From an uncultured virus (IMG/VR IMGVR_UViG_3300047312_000104) (lineage: Duplodnaviria; Heunggongvirae; Uroviricota; Caudoviricetes), in IMG/VR virus record IMGVR_UViG_3300047312_000104: DNA of 35,059 nt. One strand, given 5' to 3'. A program made the position numbers and the translations under genes. Of the stretch, positions 7,306 through 15,275 are shown piece after piece. Every line of letters starts with the position of its first letter. Position 1 is the first letter of the stretch. The notes beneath the pieces are model-generated. The model was not told where the DNA came from, ran no database searches, and saw only the letters and a list, made by a program, of their open reading frames with translations.

Positions 7306-8376
7306 TCAGGGGGCCGGCGGAGCGGCCTTTTCTGGTTCAGCGTTCAACAACCGGAGTTTCTCTGCTTGGAGGAACTTCAGGGCCGCATCGGCTGCCTCAA
7401 CCAGCTTAGCCGTATCGAAGAACGGCTGGAGGGTAGGGACCACTGACGGGTAGATGACGCAGATGGCCTCCAGGGCTTCCTTAAGGGCCACCTCGTTCCA
7501 GGGCTGGCCTTCGACCGGAACAGTCCCGGAAACCCTCGTGAGACACTTCTCCAGCACTGTCAGGGCCGTGGCTTTCCCGGGCTCGATCGTACACTCGCGG
7601 TGGTACCGCTGGATCGAGTCATCGTTCAGCTTCATCCGGAGGAACTCAGTGCAGGCTTCGGCAAGGGATGCCGGGTCTAGGCCAGTCAGGTCCCGCTTGA
7701 AGTCAGGGTTCTTCTCAGCCAGGGCACTGAGGGTAGCGTCGAGGCGCTTGATCTGGAACGAGTACCACTTGACCTTGTCCAGGAGGTCCTGGGCCGCCTT
7801 GGCCTTATCTTCGGCCTTGGCCCCCTCCCCTAGACTCTTGCTGACCTGGAGGGATCCCTGGAGTTCCTTGAGGGCCTCCACCATCATGTCCCGTTCCTTA
7901 TCGGACAGGGCAGTCTGGGTGGCCTCACTGATGTCCACCACGACAGGCTTACGGGTGATCTTGAACGGACCAGGGATCTGATCCACTGACGCGATGGCGT
8001 AGTCGTGGGACCACAGGAGGGCAGCACCTTCGGTCGGGTAGTACCCTTCCCCGTCGTCGGTCCCGATCGGCTGGTACGGATTATTGCCGTACTTTCCGAA
8101 CACCTTCCCCTTCTCGATGATGAAGCCGGTCTGCTGCCACAGGTACATCTCGTTGGCACGACTGACTAGCATCTTCCCTTCCCGGACCGCTGCATCGAGG
8201 CTCATCAGCCAATCGATCATCGCCACCCGACGATCCTTGGCTGCTGCCTTGGCATCGTCAGCTATCTTGACCAGCTTCGCAGCCAGGACAGGGTCGATCG
8301 GTGCCACCTCAGGGGCGGGCTCCGGGGCCGCCGTAGCAGTATTGGGGAGGGGTTCGGGCTGGGTGGCGTCGCTCAT
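7306..8376 (-). CDS. hypothetical protein (356 aa), Pro/Ala-rich termini, largely helical
   Basis: Long ORF with strong G/C third-position bias, followed by terminator. Confidence 0.85.
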   Translation of the reverse strand: MSDATQPEPLPNTATAAPEPAPEVAPIDPVLAAKLVKIADDAKAAAKDRRVAMIDWLMSLDAAVREGKMLVSRANEMYLWQQTGFIIEKGKVFGKYGNNPYQPIGTDDGEGYYPTEGAALLWSHDYAIASVDQIPGPFKITRKPVVVDISEATQTALSDKERDMMVEALKELQGSLQVSKSLGEGAKAEDKAKAAQDLLDKVKWYSFQIKRLDATLSALAEKNPDFKRDLTGLDPASLAEACTEFLRMKLNDDSIQRYHRECTIEPGKATALTVLEKCLTRVSGTVPVEGQPWNEVALKEALEAICVIYPSVVPTLQPFFDTAKLVEAADAALKFLQAEKLRLLNAEPEKAAPPAP

Positions 8377-8669
8377 GGGGCTGATTGTCCAGAAGGCTGC
8401 GGTGAATCAATTGTTATTTTTCGGGTCTTCTCGGTACCACTCAGGAGGCGGTACATGACCTTCCGGTGATCCATCCACTCGGTCAGGTTAGTGGTGCTGA
8501 ACTCTACCGATTCGATCCTGGCCCACCCCTGCCGCTTAAGCATCGGTATAGTGGCCTGGGCCTTATCGAGCGCCTCTTGCTCCGTGTCCGCTGTGATGAT
8601 GAACTCACATAGGGGCATCTGCTCGCCAGTGAGATCGCGATACTCGGCATGGATCAGGAAGTCGATCAC
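8373..8669 (-). CDS. hypothetical protein
   Basis: 98 aa ORF, ATGA overlap downstream. Confidence 0.7.
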   Translation of the reverse strand: MIDFLIHAEYRDLTGEQMPLCEFIITADTEQEALDKAQATIPMLKRQGWARIESVEFSTTNLTEWMDHRKVMYRLLSGTEKTRKITIDSPQPSGQSAP

Positions 8670-8671
8670 GG

Positions 8672-9058
8672 TTATTCGACAGCGTCGACCACATAACTGG
8701 TATCAAGCCCAACCGGACCGGCCAGGTACTGGTGGTATTTCAGGGTGACCCGCTTACCCGACACAGACGCCTCCCTGAGGGCCTCCACGATGGCAGCATC
8801 GGTCGCTGAGAACACCCAGGTGCGGGGTACCGCTGAACCGTTCGAATCGGTCGAGGTGCTCCCAACATTCAGCTCTCCCTCCCAGGACTTGAGGATGACC
8901 CCCTTGTGGCTCAGCTTCACCACCACGCCGGTCCGCTGCCCGTCACTATAGTGGGGCATGAGGCCGCCAAAGAGGCCAAGGCCACACAGGATTAAGAACA
9001 TGATGGTCAGGATGGAACAGAGGATCAGGATTTCGATTAAGGTGAGACCACGACGCAT
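8672..9058 (-). CDS. membrane-anchored protein with type IV prepilin-like N-terminal signal
   Basis: MRRG-LTLIEILIL followed by hydrophobic helix; soluble domain YSDGQRTGVVVKLSHKG...SWEGEL. Confidence 0.75.
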   Translation of the reverse strand: MRRGLTLIEILILCSILTIMFLILCGLGLFGGLMPHYSDGQRTGVVVKLSHKGVILKSWEGELNVGSTSTDSNGSAVPRTWVFSATDAAIVEALREASVSGKRVTLKYHQYLAGPVGLDTSYVVDAVE

Positions 9059-9069
9059 CGTTGGTTCCT

Positions 9070-9699
9070 TTAGTTAAATTTAAGTGGAGGCATATCGGCG
9101 GTCTTGCCGTCGTCTAGCTCACAGATAGCAGCCCTGAATAGCTCCGGGGCGGGGGTCGCGTGATTCAACGCAGCCAAACGAACCAGTGAAACTCGTGCTC
9201 GCTCGTACTGGACTGTGGTCAAGTGCATAGCGTCGAAAGTGGCCAGGACGGACTTGATCCGCGGGTCAGCCGCGGCTGTATCCACCCCTAAGCGTCCCAG
9301 CAGACCAGATTCCCTGATGGTACCGAGGACTGACCTGGCCTTCTCGGCCCCCAGCCCCTTCACCTTCGAACTGATGATCTGAGGGTTATCCTGTTCCAGC
9401 GCCGCCCTCAGCTCATTGAGGGTCACACTGGTTACGATCCGGTGGGCAATCGTGTACCCGACCTTATCGGTCTTCTGCTCGATCAGATCGGCCAAGGCCC
9501 TGGAGGTGATGGAACTGAACCCAAACAACACATCCCTTGAAGTATTGTCGTTGTAGGTATGGCGACAATAGACGGTGACGTTCGTTTCGCCAGTGAAGTC
9601 ATCTCCAACCAACACCTCGTACCCCACCCCAGAGGCGGTCATGATAATCGCTCGACCATTCGCGTAAGACACCACATCGCCGTGGATCGCTGCAATCAT
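9070..9699 (-). CDS. ruvA: Holliday junction branch migration protein RuvA (divergent)
   Basis: MIAAIHG...GVGYEV OB-fold start, LFGF, HhH motif VKGLGAEKA, 209 aa three-domain length. Confidence 0.85.
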   Translation of the reverse strand: MIAAIHGDVVSYANGRAIIMTASGVGYEVLVGDDFTGETNVTVYCRHTYNDNTSRDVLFGFSSITSRALADLIEQKTDKVGYTIAHRIVTSVTLNELRAALEQDNPQIISSKVKGLGAEKARSVLGTIRESGLLGRLGVDTAAADPRIKSVLATFDAMHLTTVQYERARVSLVRLAALNHATPAPELFRAAICELDDGKTADMPPLKFN

Positions 9700-9935
9700 T
9701 TGAGTCCTTGGATGTTACCTGTTAGGTCTATCCCAACCTGGGCGAACACGAAGTCAGCCAAGAGAGGATCGACCGGAATGGCGTTTAGTCCAGCTTGGAG
9801 CCGGGCTCCACTCAAGGGTGTCTTGAATGGCTGGAAGGCTGCGGCGGCTTGCCACATTGAGCCGTACTTTGCCACAAGGGCACGCTTGGCTTGGTCAGGC
9901 AGGGGGTCGGACACTGTATCCTCCAAAGGAGGCAT
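9696..9935 (-). CDS. hypothetical protein
   Basis: 79 aa ORF, ATGA overlap with ruvA. Confidence 0.65.
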   Translation of the reverse strand: MPPLEDTVSDPLPDQAKRALVAKYGSMWQAAAAFQPFKTPLSGARLQAGLNAIPVDPLLADFVFAQVGIDLTGNIQGLK

Positions 9936-9962
9936 GAGTAGATCCTGTCGATCGTCTATGTC

Positions 9963-9992
9963 AACAAAAAGGGCAGGGTTGCCCCTGCCCTT
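9963..9992 (-). terminator. Rho-independent terminator
   Basis: AAGGGCAGGG-GCAA-CCCTGCCCTT (GNRA loop) followed by TTTGTT. Confidence 0.88.
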
Positions 9993-10016
9993 CGAGCCCC
10001 CGTCGTAAGGGTCAGA

Positions 10017-10367
10017 TCACTTGATGACTTGGTCGAGCTCGCCAGTGGTCAACCCATCCTTGGCGAACAGGTCGAGGGCATGGGACTGGAGCAACCGAGT
10101 CTCGCGCGCCTGGACGGTATCCTGGATACCGCGAACGACCAGGAAGGTACAGACGACCCATTTGATCGTGTCGAGCAACGGCCCCACCTGACCATGGGCC
10201 AGGTACAGGAGACCGAGGACGACCGCGAGGGTCACACCCAACTTCGAAGACATCCACGACGACCGGGCATTCAGACCGATCTTCTGGACCTTGTCCAGGA
10301 TGTTGTACTTGGAGACTGCGCCGCTCACCGCGGTCTTGATATCTTTCATGACGTCTGAGGCATCCAT
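10017..10367 (-). CDS. holin-like small membrane protein
   Basis: ATG 10367 with AAGGA SD (track start overlaps upstream gene); SSKLGVTLAVVLGLLYLA and second hydrophobic segment; charged C-terminus. Confidence 0.5.
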   Translation of the reverse strand: MDASDVMKDIKTAVSGAVSKYNILDKVQKIGLNARSSWMSSKLGVTLAVVLGLLYLAHGQVGPLLDTIKWVVCTFLVVRGIQDTVQARETRLLQSHALDLFAKDGLTTGELDQVIK

Positions 10368-10377
10368 TTTGGTCCTT

Positions 10378-10977
10378 TCAGAACCGAGTTGAGAATCCGA
10401 GGTAATAGAGGGTCGAGGGGTCATGGTCATCGTAGTCGTACACACGCCCGACTCCAATCCCGACATGGTTCCACCCGCCCCCAAAGAAACTCTTGGGAGG
10501 GTAGACCGATACCCCAACCCCGGCGGCATCCGAGCCGATCAGGAGGTCAGGGGCGACGGTGCCGAAGAGAAGTCTGGCCGGAGAGAATCTGAGCCCAACC
10601 TTAAAGTCTGAGTCGCCATGATCCCGCTTATGATCTGAGGCCCACCCAGCATATGTACCCCAGTCGAGCCCAGGGTCGATCAGGTAATAGTCTCTGGAGA
10701 GACTCGTGCCCCACTTACCGGAGTCCTTCTGAGACGGCTGCTGGTAGTGATTGTTGTCTACGAAGTCCGTCTTGAACTTATCCCCAGATGGCTTGTGGAT
10801 GACCTCAAGGGTTCCATCGACCTCGTCCTTGTGTCGAATCAAATGAACATTCTTGTGCTTCTCTGGGATGAGGACTTCACCGTTGATCGTGGGGGGTGGG
10901 GTTGAAGCTAACCAAAATGTTAGCGCGATCAACCCCATCACCCCGATGGCCACGAACGGTTCTACTTTACTATTCAT
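10378..10977 (-). CDS. membrane protein with N-terminal TM helix and C-terminal beta-strand domain ending in Phe
   Basis: FVAIGVMGLIALTFWLA; Gly/aromatic alternating strands; ends YYLGFSTRF. Confidence 0.8.
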   Translation of the reverse strand: MNSKVEPFVAIGVMGLIALTFWLASTPPPTINGEVLIPEKHKNVHLIRHKDEVDGTLEVIHKPSGDKFKTDFVDNNHYQQPSQKDSGKWGTSLSRDYYLIDPGLDWGTYAGWASDHKRDHGDSDFKVGLRFSPARLLFGTVAPDLLIGSDAAGVGVSVYPPKSFFGGGWNHVGIGVGRVYDYDDHDPSTLYYLGFSTRF

Positions 10978-10985
10978 TAGGGGTC

Positions 10986-11012
10986 AGTATGGGGACCCCT
11001 CTGAACACACAA
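10986..11012 (-). promoter_or_regulatory. candidate promoter TTGTGT-N15-CATACT
   Basis: Fills the short intergenic gap, 8 nt before ATG 10977. Confidence 0.3.
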
Positions 11013-11016
11013 GCCT

Positions 11017-11580
11017 TTATTGCTCGACTATGTAGACCGTCATCTTCTTACGCCCCCAGTTGAGGGCTTCTTGGTGCGAAGGAAACCGTAGATCAATTGC
11101 AACTATTCCTTTAGAAGCCGCCTGTCGCATAGCACCGCCAGTATCGTCCGCTATCACCGTCTCGTTGTTATGATAGCCGGGAACAAAGAGGCGAGTCCCG
11201 TATGAGATCATATTAGGAGCAACTGCCACTCCCCATGGGTGCTCAGAACACTTGATTCCTCGACTAGTCAACCCGACCCCACCTGGACAGCAAAGCTGAC
11301 AGGCACAGTAGCCAGTTACTTCGACCAGGACTGGGATCAATCGCGGCGAGTGCGGTTTGAAGGTAAGCTGCTGCCCGTTGCAGACAATCGGCGGAGGCTG
11401 AATAGGCGCTTCCCAGTTCGTCACTGAACCAGCCTGCTGGGCCTCTTTGGAAAAGTCGATGACAATCGAATGAGCGGAAAAAGCAAGCAAACAGACGAGC
11501 TCGAACACGAGGCACAGGATGAACCCGTGGGCTATTTGCGCGCGAGACTTCTTCATAGATCCAGCCTGTGGATGGGCCAT
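11017..11580 (-). CDS. 3D-domain (MltA/RlpA-like double-psi barrel) peptidoglycan-active protein with N-terminal TM/signal
   Basis: VTGYCACQLCC...GLTSRG...VAVAP...YGTRLFVPGY...ADDTGGA...IDL...ALNWG. Confidence 0.85.
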   Translation of the reverse strand: MAHPQAGSMKKSRAQIAHGFILCLVFELVCLLAFSAHSIVIDFSKEAQQAGSVTNWEAPIQPPPIVCNGQQLTFKPHSPRLIPVLVEVTGYCACQLCCPGGVGLTSRGIKCSEHPWGVAVAPNMISYGTRLFVPGYHNNETVIADDTGGAMRQAASKGIVAIDLRFPSHQEALNWGRKKMTVYIVEQ

Positions 11581-11867
11581 TGGTACTCCTTCCTGAGTCT
11601 CTGTCGAGACTTTGTGTGTTTAGAGGGGTTGGAATAGAGGGTTATACCCAGTTCTCTCGGGACCGAGTCCCTAACCGAAATATAGACGTTTCCACGCATG
11701 GTACACCCCAGCGCCCGAACCTCTTCCTCGATCGAGAGGATCCGGGGTTCGACCAAACCAGCCCACCATATTTCGGTATCGGGGAACTTGATGGTGGTCC
11801 GGTCAGCAGCGATCGTGACCTTAATGCAATTTCTTTTCTTTTGGACTATTTCCAAGGTTCTGGTCAT
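11553..11867 (-). CDS. hypothetical protein
   Basis: 104 aa ORF in tiled operon. Confidence 0.65.
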   Translation of the reverse strand: MTRTLEIVQKKRNCIKVTIAADRTTIKFPDTEIWWAGLVEPRILSIEEEVRALGCTMRGNVYISVRDSVPRELGITLYSNPSKHTKSRQRLRKEYQWPIHRLDL

Positions 11868-11908
11868 TCGACTTAGCCTTTCTGCTAGCCTTACGGCGAG
11901 CGGTAAAT

Positions 11909-12166
11909 CTACTTACAGACCTTTCGTACTTCTGGGTAAACTTCGATATCCACAAAATGCGCTTTTGCTAAACGCTCTCTATTGCGAGCATCATAAGCGT
12001 TGTCTGAAACCACCCATGTGGTCTCTTTACAGTGTTTGCGATTAACCAAGGTTGCGTTTTCTATAGGGCCGAAATCCATATCTCGACCACCGCCCTGGCT
12101 ACCAGTATCATCGTATTGGCAACCCCAATATTTACCATCTAGTTCAATCACCGTCGCGAGCTTCAT
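11909..12166 (-). CDS. hypothetical protein
   Basis: 85 aa ORF starting 2 nt after upstream stop. Confidence 0.7.
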   Translation of the reverse strand: MKLATVIELDGKYWGCQYDDTGSQGGGRDMDFGPIENATLVNRKHCKETTWVVSDNAYDARNRERLAKAHFVDIEVYPEVRKVCK

Positions 12167-12168
12167 TT

Positions 12169-12651
12169 TTATTTCTTTCTATTGGCCTTCCGTTTGGCGG
12201 CCAACTCTCGGGTTAGTTTCTTATGGCACGGAACACAAGCAGTCCTGAGGTTATCTAGCCCGCACTCTCCTCCTCCTTCGCATACTGGGACGATATGGTC
12301 GATATCATACCAGACTCGATCTAGCGGATCTGGCCACCCCTTGGATTTCCAAGAAGCCAGCAGGGCACTACGGTCGGCCCAAGGGGACCCCTTGAGCTCC
12401 ACGTGGGCCCTATGACGCTCCTCTACTGTATCGACCCCGCAGATGGCACATATCCCTGCATCGCGCTCATACACCAACCCGGCGGCATACCCGGCATCCG
12501 ACCTGATCTTCCATTGGTGGACACACTCGTCGGAGCAAAAGGTTATACGGGGCGGTTTTACCTCAGTTCGGCACCACGTGCAGAGGAAGCGACCATTAGG
12601 CCCTCTCTCACGCTTGGCCCTACTGATCTTGCTGTGTCGACGAGTGCTCAT
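12169..12651 (-). CDS. HNH endonuclease with N-terminal Zn finger
   Basis: CTWC...FCSDEC, RDAGICAIC, DIDHIVPVCEGGG...DNLRTACVPCH. Confidence 0.92.
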   Translation of the reverse strand: MSTRRHSKISRAKRERGPNGRFLCTWCRTEVKPPRITFCSDECVHQWKIRSDAGYAAGLVYERDAGICAICGVDTVEERHRAHVELKGSPWADRSALLASWKSKGWPDPLDRVWYDIDHIVPVCEGGGECGLDNLRTACVPCHKKLTRELAAKRKANRKK

Positions 12652-12654
12652 CTG

Positions 12655-13152
12655 CTACTTCAGGAAGCGGGTCAGGTCGAACGGCTTGTCTTGTCCGGGA
12701 GCTGGCTTGGCTGGAGCCACCTGGGGGTCCTTGGGGAACTTCTTGAAGATCTGCTTGGCCATCTTCTGGATCTTCTTGCTCTTGATCGGCGCCTCCACTA
12801 CCTTCTCCACCTTGACCTCAGCCCGCTCCTTAGCCCGTTTGGCTAATTCTGCGTCTACCTCTCGACTGATCTCCTTCATTTCGTCGTCGCTATAGAAACC
12901 CTTAGGACCCAGTATCTCCATCTCTTCCGGCTCGCAGTGGTAAGCGTCCTGGCCTGGCAAGTAACCCCAGAGCCGGCAAGGAGTCTTCCTGACCCCAGCG
13001 TGGGCCCCCATGGTTTCCTCAACCTGCTCATCCGTGAGGCTAAACCGTCTGGCGATCTCTCCGGTGGTCCTCCCAACAATCAGATGAGTCCTGGCATCGA
13101 TGGCATCCAGAAGGACCTGGATCGGCTTAGTAATCTTCAAGCGTGGTACCAC
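12655..13152 (-). CDS. hypothetical protein, Lys/Pro-rich C-terminus, possible N-terminal HTH
   Basis: TTGEIARRFSLTDEQVEE resembles a helix-turn-helix. Confidence 0.7.
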   Translation of the reverse strand: MVPRLKITKPIQVLLDAIDARTHLIVGRTTGEIARRFSLTDEQVEETMGAHAGVRKTPCRLWGYLPGQDAYHCEPEEMEILGPKGFYSDDEMKEISREVDAELAKRAKERAEVKVEKVVEAPIKSKKIQKMAKQIFKKFPKDPQVAPAKPAPGQDKPFDLTRFLK

Positions 13153-13603
13153 GTCGCATACGAGCGCGAAATATAAACCGGCGGATGTGCTGGGCTACTT
13201 CTTGCTTTGAAGCATCCCTACCAAGCCTAGGGCCCACGACCCCATCACACCGTCCATCAGCAGGGCCTGGTAAGAATAGACTCGCGGCGTCACCGTAGGA
13301 CAGGCCAAAGAACTCTCTGGCGGCGTCCATCGGATCGGAGTGAGAGCCAGCCCGTAGAGTCGGCCAACCGTAGCTGTTGAACTTCCACGATCTCGGGAAA
13401 AGTATAGGGCACTCCCCGATGGCACATCCAGCGGTACCGCAGCGTGGTGCCCCGACTGGCTCATAGTCGCTTATATCGGCCACCGGCGCTGTCATGTCAG
13501 CTTCAGTATTGTAGTGGCCAAAGTAAAATACCTCGTGGCCCAGCTTCCCCGATTCCAAATGCGCGACTAGCTTTAACAGCCGTTCCTCGTGAATCTTTTT
13601 CAT
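13127..13603 (-). CDS. hypothetical phage protein with CGTAGCAIG motif
   Basis: ATG 13603 in TGATG overlap; CGTxxCxxG motif recalled from uncharacterised phage proteins. Confidence 0.75.
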   Translation of the reverse strand: MKKIHEERLLKLVAHLESGKLGHEVFYFGHYNTEADMTAPVADISDYEPVGAPRCGTAGCAIGECPILFPRSWKFNSYGWPTLRAGSHSDPMDAAREFFGLSYGDAASLFLPGPADGRCDGVVGPRLGRDASKQEVAQHIRRFIFRARMRRGTTLEDY

Positions 13604-14355
13604 CAAAACCCTTGCGTGTATGTGACGGCCCCTACCGAATCCCCAGACCGAAATTGGTACCGGGTGTCGAAGGACCAATTGCCGAGTTGGACTCCTGTTT
13701 CCAGGTACAGCCCTTGTTCAAATCGAGCGACATCCCTCACCACCCCAGCCCTGTAGCCACCGACCCTCTCCTCGGCCTCCGGCCCAACCCAAGCCTTCCA
13801 CTGGTGGCCATGGTAGACAGCCAGGGCGGATTGGGACAGGTCTAGGGTCATGTCGGTGGCCCCGACCGATTGGGTACGTAGCAAGAGCCCGAACCTATCT
13901 GTCGTGTAGACCTCGTGGGCGGTTGTGCAGTAGACCAAGAAGGCATCTTGGGACCCCTCGTAGGTGGCCGCGACTGACTTTCCTCCGATCTCTCGGTGGA
14001 ACCAGTTCTGACCCCGCTCACCCCCGAGGTCCCGGCGATCTCGCCATCCTTCCCCAACGATGACCCCAGGGGCAACTGGGGCTCCGATCTCCACCTTGAG
14101 TTCATCGAGTCGCCAGCCTGTCCGGCGGTTCCCGGGAACCAAGTGGGTCAGCATCGAATCGTCGAGGGTGAGGTAACAAACATTCAAGACCCGCAGCCCA
14201 CACGACACCTCGTTGGTCCGGTTGTCATCCGGGTCTTTGCCGCCCACCCCCAGAAAGTCGTTCCCCCAGGTAACCCACCAGTCTGGTTCGGTATCGGGAG
14301 GCGGGACTGGCTCGACGGCACAACAACCCATCAATACCAAACTGGTAAGGAGCAT
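13603..14355 (-). CDS. LpxR-like (DUF2219) outer-membrane beta-barrel, putative lipid A deacylase
   Basis: Signal peptide; WGNDFL...DDNRTN and GERGQNWFHREIG match LpxR-family ND, DxxxT and QxxxH motifs; amphipathic strands; C-terminal Phe. Confidence 0.6.
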   Translation of the reverse strand: MLLTSLVLMGCCAVEPVPPPDTEPDWWVTWGNDFLGVGGKDPDDNRTNEVSCGLRVLNVCYLTLDDSMLTHLVPGNRRTGWRLDELKVEIGAPVAPGVIVGEGWRDRRDLGGERGQNWFHREIGGKSVAATYEGSQDAFLVYCTTAHEVYTTDRFGLLLRTQSVGATDMTLDLSQSALAVYHGHQWKAWVGPEAEERVGGYRAGVVRDVARFEQGLYLETGVQLGNWSFDTRYQFRSGDSVGAVTYTQGF

Positions 14356-14375
14356 AAGACCTCGGGGGTTAGTGG

Positions 14376-14486
14376 TTAACTGGGGCGATGACGCTTAGGA
14401 CGACAGAAGATGAAAATCGAAATCAAAATGAAGGTCACCAAAATAGCAATGCAGAAGCCATAGTAGGCTACCGCGATGCTACGCAT
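14376..14486 (-). CDS. small single-TM protein (36 aa), absent from the ORF track
   Basis: MRSIAVAYYGFCIAILVTFILISIFIFCRPKRHRPS-TAA fills the gap; start overlaps upstream gene end. Confidence 0.6.
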   Translation of the reverse strand: MRSIAVAYYGFCIAILVTFILISIFIFCRPKRHRPS

Positions 14487-14817
14487 GACCTTCCGGATCC
14501 ACATCCTGAGAGTCCCAGAAACGGTAACAGCGCTCACGCACGAGCTCCATTATCCGCCTAGCTTCAGAGTTACTCGTGTGGATCCGGATTTCCATACGGG
14601 GGATTTTGCCACTTTGGGCCAAATCCTCGATGAGGTTGAGGACGTGTCGCCCCTCAAGTTCACCCCCGAGATCATTGTCTAGATCTATGACAGTCACATC
14701 GCCGGTCCGAACGAGCCTCATTGCCGCAGTGGCGCTCATGACTCCAACCCACCCCTTGGGAGTCCACCTTTCGGGTGCGTCGGAATCATCGGCTTGGTCG
14801 TCGAGCCAGACCTTCAT
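14479..14817 (-). CDS. cyclic-phosphate-processing receiver domain protein (cREC)
   Basis: MKVWLDD...PKGW...IDLDNDLG...G..VL..IE...IHTSN matches the phage-enriched LDD/LDHDLG/HSxN receiver family. Confidence 0.85.
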   Translation of the reverse strand: MKVWLDDQADDSDAPERWTPKGWVGVMSATAAMRLVRTGDVTVIDLDNDLGGELEGRHVLNLIEDLAQSGKIPRMEIRIHTSNSEARRIMELVRERCYRFWDSQDVDPEGHA

Positions 14818-15002
14818 TCGATACCCGCTATGTTTTCGAGGTCGGCCAAAGTCACGTGGCCGTCGTCCAAATAGTTCTGAACCGAGACTTGCAGGTCGAT
14901 CGTAGGGTCGGTCGTACAGGTGAACTTAGCCCCAGACCCCAGTTCAATCGCCTTGATCAAATGCTCCCGCGACATCCGCCGCGAGATAAACGGGTGGATC
15001 AT
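14814..15002 (-). CDS. hypothetical protein
   Basis: 62 aa ORF, ATGA overlap downstream. Confidence 0.65.
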   Translation of the reverse strand: MIHPFISRRMSREHLIKAIELGSGAKFTCTTDPTIDLQVSVQNYLDDGHVTLADLENIAGIE

Positions 15003-15045
15003 CGTAGAATCCTTTGGCTCTCTGGTCAGAGAGTTTTGACTTGGG

Positions 15046-15258
15046 TTAGGCTAGGTCGTGATCGTCTTCGTACAGAGGGTCGTCGGCCGATTTGTCATCC
15101 TCGTCAACGTCTTCATCGTCGTCTGAACATTCGTCTGCCACCACAGCTAGGAACTCGTCCAAGGCGTCCTCAATGGGACCCTTGACCCGGATACCTGAAA
15201 AGGCGAGACGCTTCTTGATGGCGTCTTTCAGATCTTCATCGATCACATGGTCATACAT
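15046..15258 (-). CDS. small acidic protein
   Basis: 70 aa, Asp/Glu-rich C-terminal half. Confidence 0.7.
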   Translation of the reverse strand: MYDHVIDEDLKDAIKKRLAFSGIRVKGPIEDALDEFLAVVADECSDDDEDVDEDDKSADDPLYEDDHDLA

Positions 15259-15275
15259 TCAAAGTCTCACTAGGG

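Noticed and set aside
9937..9964. TTGACA-containing promoter just after the terminator
   Set aside because: Perfect -35, but the best -10 (TCTACT) is weak and only 1 nt from the ATG; not enough support
10368..10529. N-terminal extension of the holin-like ORF as given in the track
   Set aside because: Overlaps the upstream gene by about 150 nt; ATG 10367 has an SD and fits the tiling
4061..12393. Recurring AGGGG(A/T)CCCC palindromic core at 4061, 10991 and 12382
   Set aside because: Short, low-complexity and also present within coding sequence in a GC-rich genome; not distinguishable from chance
15085..15125. TCA/TCG trinucleotide-like repeats (also near 31720)
   Set aside because: These simply encode Asp/Glu-rich protein tails
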